DNA of 64,000 bases, taken from positions 21,141 to 85,140 of IMG/VR virus record IMGVR_UViG_3300016474_000800. One strand, given 5' to 3'. Source of the stretch: a virus. A program made the position numbers and the translations under genes. The notes beneath the pieces were generated by a model. The model made no database searches, had not been told where the DNA came from, and worked only from the letters and a program-made list of their open reading frames with translations. Within the stretch, counting starts at the first letter, position 1. Each line of letters opens with the position of its first letter. This document shows, piece by piece, positions 1 to 11,990 of this stretch.

Positions 1-2
1 TA

Positions 3-3000
3 GTAACTGATACTGGTAGTAAAATAGCGGAGACTGGAAAATTCAATACAGTAAACATTGATGATTATTGGTATACTGCTACCATGTCATTACAAAAAAA
101 TGACGTTAATTATCAACCACCCACCTATTATAATTCGTCATCTCTTGTTACTACTACCGGAACTATAGTTAAAGACTCTACGGAGTTGTTAGACGCCGTT
201 TCTGCTACACCATCAATTATAAGCAATAAGTTTATCAACGATGTGTCGTATTTTATTGGAACAAAAGATACGAATAACGTTGTTCTATTTCCACGAAGTG
301 AGTATACAGTCGCGTTTAACGCATTGGTGGCTAGACAATCGGCTTCGGTGGTACTCGCACAACCAGATTATTCAATAGATGTGTATCTTGTTCCAACCAC
401 ATCATCAAAAGTATTAGATACAAATCCATTGGGTCAACTCATTGGTACCGTTACCCCAACGATAAATTTTGAAAAACAAAACTTTGAACGAGTTGAATTA
501 AACTTTGTACCAAAGATCAAAGAATCTGGACAGTTTGGATTACGTTTTGTTGTATACGGTGGTTTTTGGAATATTGCCAACGTATCGGTAAAAACTGCAC
601 AAGAACCGTTCTTCAGTCCAAATGAAGTAGACGCACTCTTACCAAATATCTCGTATACAGATTCTTTATTGACGTTTAAGGCAGAATATTTAGATATCAA
701 CAATAATTCTGTAAACGTTGACACTATATCAATACCGACGTATTTTAGTGGTTCTGTAATTAACGCGGTAATGAACGGTGTTAGTACCGCGAGTTATGCG
801 CTTGAAGCGCAAACATTACGTCCGTGTTTGTATGACAATGGTGTTGTTTCAACGACTTTCACGGTAGATTGGAACAATTGTCCAAGTCAAATTATAACTC
901 TTGGGGCAAATACTCAACTTAACTATAGTAACGGTCGTCCCGGTCAGGAATATAGATTACAGGTACATACGCAAGGCGCGTATTCTGCGTCATGGCCAAC
1001 ATTAGACGTTTTGTGGCCAGCAAACACACCCCCTACTCAAACGAAAAATGCAACAAAGAAAGACTTGTATGCGTTTTTCTATGATGGTACTTGCTATCAC
1101 GGACATGTATATGGTACTCAATATGAATTATATTGTCTCCCAACGCCGACACCGACTCCTACTATTACTCCGAGTGTTACACCGTCACCGACTATCACAC
1201 CGGCTATATCTCCAAGTGTAACTCCGTCTATCACGGTTACTCCGTCCATTACTCCGACGAGAACGGTGACTATGACTTCCACTCCAACACCGACAATCTC
1301 TCGTACAGTATCGGTGACGCCATCCATAACACCGACGATTACGCCATCAACAACAGTAACACCGTCAATTACACCGAGTATTACGGCAACTCCAAGTATT
1401 ACACCAACACGTACTGTTACGCCAACAATCACAACTACTCCGTCAATTACTGCCACACCGTCAATAACACCAACGACGACAGTAACTCCGAGTATTACAC
1501 CTACACGTACTGTTACTCCAACGGTTACGGTTACACCGTCAATTACACCGACAAATACAATTACCCCAACGAGTACCATAACTCCAACGATTACGGTTAC
1601 TCCGTCTATTACACCAACACGTAGTATTACTCCAACAAGTACAATTACTCCGTCGGTAACGGTAACTCCTTCCATTACAGCAACACCTTCTATTACACCG
1701 ACTAGAACGGCAACTCCAAGTATTACGGCAACGCCGTCAATTACACCGTCACGTACAATTACTCCGACGGTAACCGTAACACCTAGTATTACACCAACGG
1801 TATCACCAACGGTGACTCCGTCTACAACCATTACACCGACACCGTCGATTACCCCGACCATTACTCCAACTTGTTCAATCACCCCAACGAGTACTGTAAC
1901 ACCATCGACCACGGTAACTCCAAGTACTACAATTACACCAACGGTGACAATGACGCCGGCCCAGAGTTTAACCCCGACGCCGTCAATTACGCCAACTAAT
2001 ACAATTACTCCGTCAATTACTACCACACCGTCAATAACACCAACAACAACCATAACGCCTACGGTAACAATAACACCTTCACAAACTGTAACGCCAACAA
2101 TAACTAGTACTCCGTCTATAACACCAACACGTAGTATTACACCAAGTATTACTGCAACGCCGTCAATTACGCCAACAACTTCAATAACACCAACACGTAG
2201 CATTACCCCAAGTATAACTGCCACACCGTCAATCACACCAAGTATAACTGCAACACCATCAATCACACCAACACGGTCAATCACTCCGACGATTACACCT
2301 ACATCTACGGTAACTCCGACTCGTACAATAACTCCGACAAGTACAATAACTCCGTCAATTACACCAACGTCAACAGTTACTCCCACTCTGACCGTAACAC
2401 CTTCGTCGACAACCCCGGCGGGTTCGGTCTGTTTTAACACGGACTTTAATAGTGTGTGTACATCATGTACGTTCTATTATGCAAATTCTTCATGCGCTAC
2501 GACATTGGTCGCCGGATGTAAATTGTACACGGATTCTAACCTAACAACAGAACATCAACAGACGGGGTTTGCACGTAATATTGGTTCTGCAACGTTCTGG
2601 ACATACGACGGTGTGGGGCCTGGAACATATCAAATTCAATCTGGGACAAGTCAGACTTGTCCGTCAATTACACCAACTCCAACCGTAACTCCAACGCAAA
2701 CACCTACGCGTACAATTACACCTAGTGTTACCGTAACTCCAACCGTTACGATGACACCAAGTAGTACAGTTACTCCATCTACAACAGTTACACCGTCTAT
2801 TACTGCAACACCAAGTATTACGCCCACGCGTTCAATAACTCCAACTATTACTCCGACAAGTACAATAACTCCGTCAAGTACTGTCACACCGACAATTACA
2901 CCTACGCGTAGTATTACACCTACATCTACTATTACGCCTACGGTTACAGTAACTCCATCGGCGACCGTTACCCCATCCATTACACCTACGACTACTATTA

Positions 3001-4652
3001 CACCTAGTGTTACTGTAACACCAACTGTTACCCCCACTCGTTCTATAACACCATCGGTAACAATAACACCAAGTGCGACCACAACACCTACCGTAACACC
3101 TTCTGTTACTATCACACCAACACGTACTGTAACCCCTTCACCTACTTCTCCTGCGGGTTCGGTCTGTTTTAACACGGACTTTAATAGTGTGTGTACATCG
3201 TGTACGTTCTATTATGTGAATACTTCATGTGCCACGACCTTGGTGGCGGGATGCAAGTTATATACAGACAGTAATTTAACAACAGAACATCAACAGACGG
3301 GATTTGCACGTAATATTGGTTCTGCAACGTTTTGGACATATGATGGAGTTGGACCGGGAACATATCAAATTCAATCCGGAACAAGCCAAACATGCCCATC
3401 GGTAACTCCAACTCCAACTGTAACTCCAACAATAACACCTACACTTACTATAACACCGTCAACAACTATTACACCAACAATTACGCCAACACGTACAATC
3501 ACACCAACGAGCACTATAACCCCAACGGTTACGGTTACACCATCAATTACATCAACACCAACGATAACTCCAACACAAACTATTACACCTTCTATTACAA
3601 CAACTCCAAGTATTACTCCAACTCGTAGTATTACTCCAAGTATTACCCCAACAAATACAATCACACCGTCAACAACTATTACACCAACAATTACGCCAAC
3701 ACGTACAATCACACCAACGAGCACTATAACCCCAACGGTTACGGTTACTCCGTCTATTACACCAACCCGAACAATAACGCCGAGTGTTACCGTAACTCCT
3801 ACTATAACTCCTTCAATAACACCATCACTTCCACTGGGTGACTGTTATGTAGTAAATAGTTTAAGTGCCGGCACGTGTAACTTCTCGTATACGGCAAGAA
3901 ACGGCACGTTTACCAACGATTCGGTTACAAATTTTGAAGCAAAATATATCTGCGTTCAGGCAAATACCAACCCAACTATTGGTGGTGGTTGTATTCAAGG
4001 AGCAGAAATTGACTATACATTGTTGAGTGAAGATTCGTGTGGTAAAAATTCTGATTGCATATCGTTTGCGTCACCAACTCCTACACCAACAGTAACAATA
4101 ACACCAACAATAACACCGTCAATTACTCCAACCTGTACAATTACCCCAACACAAACTATTACTCCAACACGTACAATTACGCCATCAATTACGTCAACGC
4201 CGACTATTACACCAACAATAACACCTAGTGCAGGTGTGTCCAATACACCAACACCTACTATTACACCAACTCCATCAATTACATCAACGCCTACTATTAC
4301 CCCTACTAGTACCATCACACCAACTCCATCAATAACTCCAACATCTACTACCACACCAACTCCTACTGTAACCCCAACGAGTACAGTCACACCAACACCA
4401 ACACCATCCACAAGCCCAGCTACGTGTAATTCGTTGGGTGATGTGTTCCCATATTATAGCACAGGGCAATGTGGAGCTGGTACAACATTTGGTATATTTA
4501 GTAGTAACTGTACTTTCTTGGACAACAATTGTTACATATATACAAACGTGGGATGTACAACGCCGTTTAGTAATTCGTCGTTTGATGATGGATTTACCGT
4601 GTATAACACAAACGCAAGTGGTTTAATCACAAGTACTAATGCATGTACATAG
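3..4652 (+). CDS. Large virion fibre/decoration protein with four Thr/Pro mucin-like tracts and Cys-rich domains (5'-truncated)
   Basis: Frame is stop-free from position 3 to the ATG at 84, so the true start probably lies upstream of the window. Globular N-terminal part, then T-P-S-I/V-T tracts (~1141-2415, 2667-3150, 3402-3825, 4072-4420) separated by Cys-rich domains. Confidence 0.8.
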   Translation, partial: VTDTGSKIAETGKFNTVNIDDYWYTATMSLQKNDVNYQPPTYYNSSSLVTTTGTIVKDSTELLDAVSATPSIISNKFINDVSYFIGTKDTNNVVLFPRSEYTVAFNALVARQSASVVLAQPDYSIDVYLVPTTSSKVLDTNPLGQLIGTVTPTINFEKQNFERVELNFVPKIKESGQFGLRFVVYGGFWNIANVSVKTAQEPFFSPNEVDALLPNISYTDSLLTFKAEYLDINNNSVNVDTISIPTYFSGSVINAVMNGVSTASYALEAQTLRPCLYDNGVVSTTFTVDWNNCPSQIITLGANTQLNYSNGRPGQEYRLQVHTQGAYSASWPTLDVLWPANTPPTQTKNATKKDLYAFFYDGTCYHGHVYGTQYELYCLPTPTPTPTITPSVTPSPTITPAISPSVTPSITVTPSITPTRTVTMTSTPTPTISRTVSVTPSITPTITPSTTVTPSITPSITATPSITPTRTVTPTITTTPSITATPSITPTTTVTPSITPTRTVTPTVTVTPSITPTNTITPTSTITPTITVTPSITPTRSITPTSTITPSVTVTPSITATPSITPTRTATPSITATPSITPSRTITPTVTVTPSITPTVSPTVTPSTTITPTPSITPTITPTCSITPTSTVTPSTTVTPSTTITPTVTMTPAQSLTPTPSITPTNTITPSITTTPSITPTTTITPTVTITPSQTVTPTITSTPSITPTRSITPSITATPSITPTTSITPTRSITPSITATPSITPSITATPSITPTRSITPTITPTSTVTPTRTITPTSTITPSITPTSTVTPTLTVTPSSTTPAGSVCFNTDFNSVCTSCTFYYANSSCATTLVAGCKLYTDSNLTTEHQQTGFARNIGSATFWTYDGVGPGTYQIQSGTSQTCPSITPTPTVTPTQTPTRTITPSVTVTPTVTMTPSSTVTPSTTVTPSITATPSITPTRSITPTITPTSTITPSSTVTPTITPTRSITPTSTITPTVTVTPSATVTPSITPTTTITPSVTVTPTVTPTRSITPSVTITPSATTTPTVTPSVTITPTRTVTPSPTSPAGSVCFNTDFNSVCTSCTFYYVNTSCATTLVAGCKLYTDSNLTTEHQQTGFARNIGSATFWTYDGVGPGTYQIQSGTSQTCPSVTPTPTVTPTITPTLTITPSTTITPTITPTRTITPTSTITPTVTVTPSITSTPTITPTQTITPSITTTPSITPTRSITPSITPTNTITPSTTITPTITPTRTITPTSTITPTVTVTPSITPTRTITPSVTVTPTITPSITPSLPLGDCYVVNSLSAGTCNFSYTARNGTFTNDSVTNFEAKYICVQANTNPTIGGGCIQGAEIDYTLLSEDSCGKNSDCISFASPTPTPTVTITPTITPSITPTCTITPTQTITPTRTITPSITSTPTITPTITPSAGVSNTPTPTITPTPSITSTPTITPTSTITPTPSITPTSTTTPTPTVTPTSTVTPTPTPSTSPATCNSLGDVFPYYSTGQCGAGTTFGIFSSNCTFLDNNCYIYTNVGCTTPFSNSSFDDGFTVYNTNASGLITSTNACT
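2418..3401 (+). repeat. Duplicated 83-codon Cys-rich domain (2418-2666 and 3153-3401)
   Basis: [21 protein letters not shown]...[10 protein letters not shown] occurs twice; only ANSS vs VNTS differs at protein level, with many synonymous differences. Confidence 0.95.
3453..3748 (+). repeat. Exact 86-bp direct repeat (3453-3538 and 3663-3748) inside a Thr/Pro tract
   Basis: acaccgtcaacaactattacacc...cccaacggttacggttac is identical at a 210-bp offset. Confidence 0.9.
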
Positions 4653-4689
4653 TAACATATGTATATTAGTACAACCTGCCGGAGATTTC

Positions 4690-7600
4690 ATGCAACACAA
4701 TGAAGATTATGCACTGACTGGATATAAAGGACAGTTTAATAGAAAACTTCCCATCATAAAAAAACCACTTTCGTTACGATTTGTAGATGACGAATCCGGT
4801 GTAAAACGTGATATTCACGCATATGACGTACCGGAAGAAACGGACGAAACTGCGTTTATTTACCCATCTTCATTGGGTCCGGAACAGGACGACGAGTTTA
4901 TCAATGATGCTAAAAGTAGTACTGAACGGGTGCGGAAATATTACAGAAAAAATAAAGCAAAGGTGAGAAAATACCTGCGCGATACAGTAAAAGATAGATC
5001 TGCGCGCAACCGTGATCGACGAAAGGCCATTAAGAAACATGGTAAATCTAAAATGAAAAATCACGATGTGCATCACCCAAAGGGGCCTAACGGTGGTTCG
5101 TGGCGTTTAGCAAAAAAAGATCACGGTCGGGATAAGGTAAATGAACTGTTTGTGCAGTTGGTAGAGGGTGTAGATATAGATCATATTAATAAATTTGTTG
5201 ACTACACATCAAACAGACTAAAATTCAATACGACACCAACGGTGGCAGTCATAGAACCTTCGTCTGATAGTACAAGTTTGGGGCATTATTCTCCCGATAC
5301 AAACGTTATTTCCGTTGTTGTTAAAGGAAGACTTCTGGCAGACATCTTACGTACCGTTGCTCATGAACTTGCACATCATAAACAATTTGAAATGGGATTG
5401 ATTAATAGTCCACAACATGATGGAAAAACTGGATCTCCTGTTGAAAATAAGGCAAATGTGGTAGCAGGAATCCTTTTACGTGATTACGGAAAACATAACA
5501 AATACATCTTCTTGTCAGAATCGTTATTATTAGAAGGAGGAGCAGCAGGTCATCTTGCCCATCCATTCGAAGATGAAGATTTGACGTTCGGTGATATGAA
5601 AGAGATGATAAAACGTGGATTAATTGGTGGATTGGACCAAGAAGCGCCAGTGACCGAAAAACTTGATGGACAAAATATCGCATTTTCTGTCCGTAATGGT
5701 CAAATTGTATTTGCAAGAAACAAAGGACAGGTAAAGGCTCGCGGAAAAAACGCATTAGATGTGGCGGGTATTCGTCAAATGTTTGCAGGCCGAGGAAATA
5801 TTGAAAAAGCATTTACCGGAGCAGCCGAAGATTTGCAAAGTGCTGTCGCCAAACTTTCACCAGAACAGGTCCAACAAATGTTTGGGGAAGGATCTAAATT
5901 TATGAGTCTGGAAGTTATTTTACCGGATACACAAAACGTCATACCGTATGGTAAGAGTGTACTAGTTATGCACGGAACCATTGAATATGATGAAAACGGA
6001 GAAGAGATTGGACGTTCCACAACTGATGGGAAACAATTTGCGGATGCACTAACTTCAGTTGGGGCAGAACAACAACGAACTTTTGGTATTAGTGGTCCTC
6101 GTACGATTGCCTTTAGCGAAGCGGAGTCTGATCAATACCAAGAACGTACTCAAAAATATAGTGATACACTTGACAGAGCATCTACGTCTTTTGGTTTGGA
6201 TGATTCCTCTACGTTAGCGGAATATCGCCAAGCGTGGTGGGCCGGTGAAATCCAAAAAGAAATGGAACGTACTGGTGTTGATATTACGGAAGACGAGTTT
6301 GATGGATTAATTCGTCGTTGGGCGGATGGTGATAAGAAATTTGGTGTGAAAGACATCATAAATCCCGAAACTAAAAAATGGTTTAGGCAGTACGAAAAAG
6401 AATCATTACAAAACGCACAAAAGAAAATGATTCGACCAATTGAAACCGTATTTTTACAAGCCGGCGCAGATTCACTACGACGAGTTACTAATTTCTTATC
6501 CGCAAACAATCCGGCAGCAACACAACAGTTGAAAAAAGATGTGTTAGATGCAATTACCGCGATTCGGGATAGTAATCAACCAGATAAGATTGCAAAACTT
6601 CAAAAAGAGTTGGAACGTTTGGAATCTATTGGTATGGATAAAGTAGTTCCATCCGAGGGAGTGGTGTTCATTTACAACGGAAAACCTTACAAGTTTACGG
6701 GAACCTTTGCCCCAATTAATCAAATTACGGGAACGTTCAAGTTTGGAATGGCTCCAAAGGAAGAACTAGAAGAACCAGAGACACCAAACGTACCGGAAAC
6801 ACCAAAAGCGCCGGAGACACCCACAGAACCGGTTACACCAAAAGCACCGGAAACACCAAAACGTACGGTTGCAATCTTCACCGGCCGTTTTCAACCGTTT
6901 CACGCAGGCCACTACAGTATTTATCAAACACTAGTTGATAGATTTGGTAAGGAAAACGTATATATTGCGTCATCAAATGCAACCGATCCTGTAAAATCTC
7001 CGTTTGAATTCAGAGAAAAGAAAGAGATTATGACGCGAATGTTTGATATTCCAGAAGATAACGTGGTACAGGTAAAGAATCCGTACGCACCAAAAGAAAT
7101 ACTAGACAAATTACCCGATACTACAACGTATGTTACTGCGGTTAGTCAAAAAGATGCCGAACGTCTTGGTGGTAAGTATTTCCGCGACTATGATAGTGTA
7201 CCCGATGGTAAACACCAAGGGTTCAAAGACCAAGGATATTTCATAGTTGCGCCAGAAATGCAACTAAACATAGATGGAAAAAACATCAGCGGTACTGCAC
7301 TTCGCGCCGCGTTTGGTGACCCACGAATTACAGATAGAGCAAAACAAGAAATTTTTACCAAAGTATACGGAAGGTTTGATCCAAAAATATTCAAAAAAAT
7401 TGTTAAAGTAACCACTGACGCGGAAGAGGCGCGAAAGGTTACCGATCAACATGGGTCTGAAAAAACCAAGGCACAGGGTAAATCTTCTGGTAGTAAAAAA
7501 CCAGATCAACAAACATTAGCTCGCGCAAGATCTGTATTACGGCAAAAAGTCCGTAACCCAAAAACAGAACGTGATATTTTAGTAGCAACGGCATTGACGT

Positions 7601-8403
7601 ATGCAAAAGAAGAACCAGTTCGTCAAGCAGCGGAAAAAATGATACAAAATGCCATGAAACAACGAACCGAACAGATTCTCGTCGAAGAAAAAACAACAGG
7701 TGAGGACTTAAAAGTTTATACCTATACTCGGGACTATACACCAGATGAACTACAAGAAGAAATGGATGAATATTTCAAAAACGAAAAGACTTTGAAGATT
7801 TTTCCAAATCTTGCACGAACCGAACGGGATCTGATGGAAAAAATCACCGACGCAGAATCCACAGTATTGACCAGAGAACAGTTGTTGGCATTACAAAATA
7901 GTGATGTTGCCGCGTTATTGACACAGAAAAACAAAACCGATTTGTTAAAAAAAATGGCACATACAAATAAAAAAGATATAGTAAGTATTGCGCAAGCGGT
8001 TAAAAACAAAGATGATTTACCACTACCAATTGTAATTAAATACAAAACCGGTCAGTATTTGATGGCAGGTAATTCACGATTGTCGGTGTTGGCTGCCATG
8101 AACACCACTATGCCAGTTAAAGAATTAGAATACACCGGAGAGGTGTCATATGATTTGTTAAATATTGATAACGACTCGGAGAAGAAAACAACACAAGACG
8201 GTAAAAAACGAAAAACATTATTTAAAGATATCTTACAGATGAGAATTACTAATCCAGAAACGGGTAATCAAATAAAAATTGATACTGCTATGGATTACAA
8301 AAAAACACACCCGGCTCATAGAATTGCTAGAGACTTCATACGACAGAAGATGTCTGGATTTTCCAGTAGAGCCGGCGTACCAAAAAATTCTGGACCCAAA
8401 TAA
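4690..8403 (+). CDS. Multidomain protein: degenerate HNH-like, zincin (HELAH), RNA-ligase-like nucleotidyltransferase (DUF6267-like), HxGH nucleotidyltransferase, ParB/Srx-like
   Basis: GGAGA RBS before ATG 4690 (preferred over 4639). Motifs DVHH; RTVAHELAHHKQ...ENKAN; EKLDGQN...SEGVV...YKFTG; FTGRFQPFHAGH...ISGTALR; PIVIKY...AGNSRL. Confidence 0.75.
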   Translation: MQHNEDYALTGYKGQFNRKLPIIKKPLSLRFVDDESGVKRDIHAYDVPEETDETAFIYPSSLGPEQDDEFINDAKSSTERVRKYYRKNKAKVRKYLRDTVKDRSARNRDRRKAIKKHGKSKMKNHDVHHPKGPNGGSWRLAKKDHGRDKVNELFVQLVEGVDIDHINKFVDYTSNRLKFNTTPTVAVIEPSSDSTSLGHYSPDTNVISVVVKGRLLADILRTVAHELAHHKQFEMGLINSPQHDGKTGSPVENKANVVAGILLRDYGKHNKYIFLSESLLLEGGAAGHLAHPFEDEDLTFGDMKEMIKRGLIGGLDQEAPVTEKLDGQNIAFSVRNGQIVFARNKGQVKARGKNALDVAGIRQMFAGRGNIEKAFTGAAEDLQSAVAKLSPEQVQQMFGEGSKFMSLEVILPDTQNVIPYGKSVLVMHGTIEYDENGEEIGRSTTDGKQFADALTSVGAEQQRTFGISGPRTIAFSEAESDQYQERTQKYSDTLDRASTSFGLDDSSTLAEYRQAWWAGEIQKEMERTGVDITEDEFDGLIRRWADGDKKFGVKDIINPETKKWFRQYEKESLQNAQKKMIRPIETVFLQAGADSLRRVTNFLSANNPAATQQLKKDVLDAITAIRDSNQPDKIAKLQKELERLESIGMDKVVPSEGVVFIYNGKPYKFTGTFAPINQITGTFKFGMAPKEELEEPETPNVPETPKAPETPTEPVTPKAPETPKRTVAIFTGRFQPFHAGHYSIYQTLVDRFGKENVYIASSNATDPVKSPFEFREKKEIMTRMFDIPEDNVVQVKNPYAPKEILDKLPDTTTYVTAVSQKDAERLGGKYFRDYDSVPDGKHQGFKDQGYFIVAPEMQLNIDGKNISGTALRAAFGDPRITDRAKQEIFTKVYGRFDPKIFKKIVKVTTDAEEARKVTDQHGSEKTKAQGKSSGSKKPDQQTLARARSVLRQKVRNPKTERDILVATALTYAKEEPVRQAAEKMIQNAMKQRTEQILVEEKTTGEDLKVYTYTRDYTPDELQEEMDEYFKNEKTLKIFPNLARTERDLMEKITDAESTVLTREQLLALQNSDVAALLTQKNKTDLLKKMAHTNKKDIVSIAQAVKNKDDLPLPIVIKYKTGQYLMAGNSRLSVLAAMNTTMPVKELEYTGEVSYDLLNIDNDSEKKTTQDGKKRKTLFKDILQMRITNPETGNQIKIDTAMDYKKTHPAHRIARDFIRQKMSGFSSRAGVPKNSGPK

Positions 8404-8417
8404 TTAACGAGGTGGTT

Positions 8418-8996
8418 ATGGCTAGTCACGATGTAATAAACGGTGTACGTAGAAAGTTAAATGAAGTACTTAACAAACATGAAGGTAAAGTTACTGTTGG
8501 TTGGCGCCCAAGTGAAGAAACTCACAAAGAAGGTGATGTGTGGGAAGCACTGGATGGGCGTAAGTGGACAATTAAAAATGGAATTAAACAAACGGTTACA
8601 AAATTAGATTCGGCAAAAACACCGATATTTTGTCCCTCGTGCTCAAAACCAATGAACAGTCGTCATGATACTAAATTTTGGATGGGAAAGGGAAAGTGTT
8701 TTGATTGTGTAATAAAAGATGAAACGGAATTACGTCGAACCGGTAAGTGGCAACAAGTTCACGACGAACAACGCCGGCTAAGTCAAATTGATATGTTAAA
8801 AGACAAAATCAATGAATTGACCGACATACGAGATAATTTAAGTCAATTAGAAATTATTAACGCCGATGATACAAATATTTTGATGGTGGAAAAATGGAGT
8901 GTCGATCTTGACGCAGTAAAAAAAGATATGACAGATGAGATTGAAAAAATGAAAAATCACTTACGAGAACTAGAGAGTACACATGAAACTACTTGA
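8418..8996 (+). CDS. Hypothetical protein with Zn-finger (CxxC...CxxC) and coiled coil
   Basis: GAGGT RBS then ATG 8418; FCPSCSKPM...KCFDCV. Confidence 0.7.
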   Translation: MASHDVINGVRRKLNEVLNKHEGKVTVGWRPSEETHKEGDVWEALDGRKWTIKNGIKQTVTKLDSAKTPIFCPSCSKPMNSRHDTKFWMGKGKCFDCVIKDETELRRTGKWQQVHDEQRRLSQIDMLKDKINELTDIRDNLSQLEIINADDTNILMVEKWSVDLDAVKKDMTDEIEKMKNHLRELESTHETT

Positions 8997-9615
8997 ACGG
9001 TTTTTACCAACAGCAAAATTATTGTTTACTATCTTTGTGTCTGTTGCATTACTTGTTATGATTGATGCACAGTTTCAGCAAAAAACTACGTTGGACAAGC
9101 ATTTAACAGAACTAACGCAGTTGAAAAATAATGCAAAGGTCACGGTGCAGTATGTAGATAGTCTAAAACAACAAATCACAGATTATCAGACACGCGCAGC
9201 AATTGCACAATCACAGGCCAATACATTAAACACACAAGTTGTCGGAATGAAAAAAGAAACTAGACACTTGTTGACTCTTGTTGATTCATTAAAACACACA
9301 GCACGTGACTCGGTTGAACTTGCACGAACGGTAATTCCAGTGCAAGATTCTATCATCAAAGCACAAATCAAAATTACACAGACATTAGACAAACAAGTAG
9401 AACGACTAAATGTGACAATTGCAAACAAAGATACAGTTATAACTTTACAGAAAGTATCTATTGATACACTACGGGTCGCCGTAGATTCGCTCACAAAACT
9501 AAAAACTCCAAAAGATCCTGACAAATGGTGGATTTTTAAATTACCATCTCGGAAAGTTGTGGCGGGAACATCATTCATTGTGGGTGTGGTTTCTACAATA
9601 GTTGTGAGTAGATAA
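8983..9615 (+). CDS. Membrane-anchored coiled-coil protein
   Basis: Hydrophobic helices at both termini (LLFTIFVSVALLVMI; VVAGTSFIVGVVSTIVVS) flank a heptad-rich core. Confidence 0.65.
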   Translation: MKLLERFLPTAKLLFTIFVSVALLVMIDAQFQQKTTLDKHLTELTQLKNNAKVTVQYVDSLKQQITDYQTRAAIAQSQANTLNTQVVGMKKETRHLLTLVDSLKHTARDSVELARTVIPVQDSIIKAQIKITQTLDKQVERLNVTIANKDTVITLQKVSIDTLRVAVDSLTKLKTPKDPDKWWIFKLPSRKVVAGTSFIVGVVSTIVVSR

Positions 9616-9629
9616 ACTTAGAGAAACAT

Positions 9630-11210
9630 ATGAATCAACAGTCGTTAAAAGAAATTATCAAGTTAGAATACAAGAAATGTGCGGTAAGTGCAGATTACTT
9701 TTTAACAAAATACGCATACATTCAACATCCAGTTCGTGGTCGTATGTTGTTTGATCTGTACGATTATCAACGAAACTGTCTGTCAGACTTTATTAATAAA
9801 GATTACAATATTGTGTTGAAAGGAAGACAGATTGGTATCTCCACCTTGGTGGCCGGATATTCATTGTGGTTGATGTTATTTCACCGTGATAAGAATATTT
9901 TAGTTATTGCTACCAAGCAAGAAACTGCAAAAAATCTTGTAACAAAAGTGAGGTTCATGCACCAAAACCTTCCGGTATGGTTGCGAGGGGAGTGTATTAC
10001 TGATAACAAATTATCATTACAATTTTCAACTGGTTCTCAGATTAAGGCAGTAGCTAGTAGTAAGGATGCTGGTCGTTCTGAAGCACTGTCATTGTTGATT
10101 CTTGACGAATGTGCGTTTATTGACGATGCCGATATAATTTGGACCGCAGCATCAAGTACACTATCAACCGGTGGTAAGGCAGTTCTATTATCCACACCAA
10201 ATGGTGTTGGTAATTTTTTTCATAAAATGTGGGAACAAGCCACCGCCGCGGAAAACAATTTTAATCCTATTCTCTTAGATTGGCGAGTACATCCAGAACG
10301 TAACCAAGCATGGAGAGATGAACAAACTCGTATCATGGGTGAAGCAGCCGCGACACAAGAACATGACGCGTCATTTCTATTTTCTGGAAATGCACTAATA
10401 TCGCCAGAAATACGTAAATTTTACGCGACTACTTTTGTCCAAGAACCAATTTCAAAACAAGGATTTGATGGTAATTTGTGGATATGGGAATACCCTCAAC
10501 CATCAAAAACATATATTGCTGCCGCCGACGTGGCGCGTGGTGATGGTGAGGACTTTTCTACAATACAAGTGTTGGATTCTGAAACGTCTGTTCAGGTAGC
10601 AGAATATAGAGGAAAATTGCCTACCAAAGATTTTGGTAATTTAATGGTGTCTGTTGCAACAAATTATAATGACGCATTACTAGTACCGGACAACAGTTCA
10701 ATTGGTTGGAATGCAATCCAACAGGTAATTGATCGTGGATATAAAAACTTGTTTTATATGTCAGCGGACATGCATTATGTTGATGTAGAAAATCAAATCA
10801 CCAATCGTTCTATAATGGCAGAACGTAATCTAAAACCCGGATTTACCATCTCGTCCAGAACACGACCGTTGTTAATTGCGAGAATAGAAGAGTATATGCG
10901 AGAAAATTCTATTACGTTACGATCTACTCGTACCATGCGTGAGTTTGATACCTTTGTATGGAAAAACGGAAAGGTTGAAGCATTACCTCAATACCACGAT
11001 GACTTGATTATGGCACTAGGTATTGGGTTGTGGGTACGAGATACCGCATTGAAATTACGACAACAGGGTATAGAACTTACAAAGTTTTCATTAGAAAACA
11101 CCTCATACAATTACATGCCGTTAGTCAAACAAAACAATGTAAAGTACAATAACATGTTTGAAATGCAAGTTGGAACGGAAAAAGAAAACTTGCATTGGTT
11201 AATTGGTTAA
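9630..11210 (+). CDS. terL: Terminase large subunit (T4 gp17-like)
   Basis: Walker A LKGRQIGIST, Walker B LLILDECAF, coupling motif STPNG, nuclease motifs AADVARG and HDDLIMAL. Confidence 0.97.
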   Translation: MNQQSLKEIIKLEYKKCAVSADYFLTKYAYIQHPVRGRMLFDLYDYQRNCLSDFINKDYNIVLKGRQIGISTLVAGYSLWLMLFHRDKNILVIATKQETAKNLVTKVRFMHQNLPVWLRGECITDNKLSLQFSTGSQIKAVASSKDAGRSEALSLLILDECAFIDDADIIWTAASSTLSTGGKAVLLSTPNGVGNFFHKMWEQATAAENNFNPILLDWRVHPERNQAWRDEQTRIMGEAAATQEHDASFLFSGNALISPEIRKFYATTFVQEPISKQGFDGNLWIWEYPQPSKTYIAAADVARGDGEDFSTIQVLDSETSVQVAEYRGKLPTKDFGNLMVSVATNYNDALLVPDNSSIGWNAIQQVIDRGYKNLFYMSADMHYVDVENQITNRSIMAERNLKPGFTISSRTRPLLIARIEEYMRENSITLRSTRTMREFDTFVWKNGKVEALPQYHDDLIMALGIGLWVRDTALKLRQQGIELTKFSLENTSYNYMPLVKQNNVKYNNMFEMQVGTEKENLHWLIG

Positions 11211-11252
11211 TTATTCTATACTTATATTAAGACGTATTTACCGGAGACAAAC

Positions 11253-11501
11253 ATGAAGTTTCAACAGTTAGAAGAAATTATCATTGAAGAAATTTATAAG
11301 AGTTTAGTAGAACGTACCGTTGCATCAAGAAATCCTCCACGAAAGATGAGCGCCGGTCAGGTAAAACGCCGTGATTCAATCGGAAAGGCAATGAAAGCTA
11401 AACCAAAAGTTGTTGCAAAGTTTAAGAAAAAGCACGGAGATGATTGGGAATATTACTTGTGGGCGGCCGCCACTAACGCTTCAATTGCTAAGGGAGAATA
11501 A
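11253..11501 (+). CDS. Small basic protein, putative internal head protein
   Basis: GGAGA RBS; N-terminus MKFQQLEEIIIEE resembles a capsid-targeting peptide. Confidence 0.65.
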   Translation: MKFQQLEEIIIEEIYKSLVERTVASRNPPRKMSAGQVKRRDSIGKAMKAKPKVVAKFKKKHGDDWEYYLWAAATNASIAKGE

Positions 11502-11503
11502 TA

Positions 11504-11989
11504 ATGATTAGAATGATGGGAATCATCGGTATGGGAAAGTCATTTGCTAATGAAGAATTAACTGATAAACAGAAGCAACTTGATGTTGATAAAGACGGTA
11601 AGTTGGAAAAGAGTGATTTTGAAAAACTTCGTGCGAGTAAAAACGAAACGCAAGGTGGGGATCACGAAGTATCAATGGGACAAAACTCATTGGATACTAT
11701 CATTAAACACGCGACAGAATTAAAATCAAAACTGGGTAATGACGAAAAGGATATCCCCGCGTGGATTCAAGACCATATTTCTCAAGCAGCAAATTTTATT
11801 TCCCAAGCTGCCACAAATTATCACGAACACGATAAGCCAGAAGATACACCAACTGAATTAGAAGAAAAAGCGCCTGAAGGTTGGGAAGGTACGGTCAAGG
11901 CAATGAAGAAACACAAGGAAATTGACAATCCATTTGCATTGGCACAGTACATGAAAAAGAAAGGATATACGTCACATAAAGGTAAATAA
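11504..11989 (+). CDS. Modular hypothetical head-region protein with EF-hand-like loop
   Basis: DVDKDGKLEKSDF fits the DxDxDGx5[DE] Ca-binding loop pattern. Confidence 0.65.
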   Translation: MIRMMGIIGMGKSFANEELTDKQKQLDVDKDGKLEKSDFEKLRASKNETQGGDHEVSMGQNSLDTIIKHATELKSKLGNDEKDIPAWIQDHISQAANFISQAATNYHEHDKPEDTPTELEEKAPEGWEGTVKAMKKHKEIDNPFALAQYMKKKGYTSHKGK

Positions 11990-11990
11990 T

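Noticed and set aside
2418-3401. Duplicated domain as a diversity-generating retroelement TR/VR pair
   Set aside because: Differences include C/T and C/G and are almost all synonymous rather than adenine-specific; no reverse transcriptase in the window.
4920-5140. Active mobile HNH endonuclease
   Set aside because: Only the DVHH half is present; the downstream Asn/His residues are not evident, so it is treated as degenerate.
8418-8996. Small terminase subunit, by position near terL
   Set aside because: No recognisable gp16-like features; synteny alone is insufficient.
8983-9615. Spanin call
   Set aside because: Topology is compatible, but there is no lipobox cysteine, no overlapping o-spanin ORF of 60 aa or more, and no neighbouring endolysin or holin.
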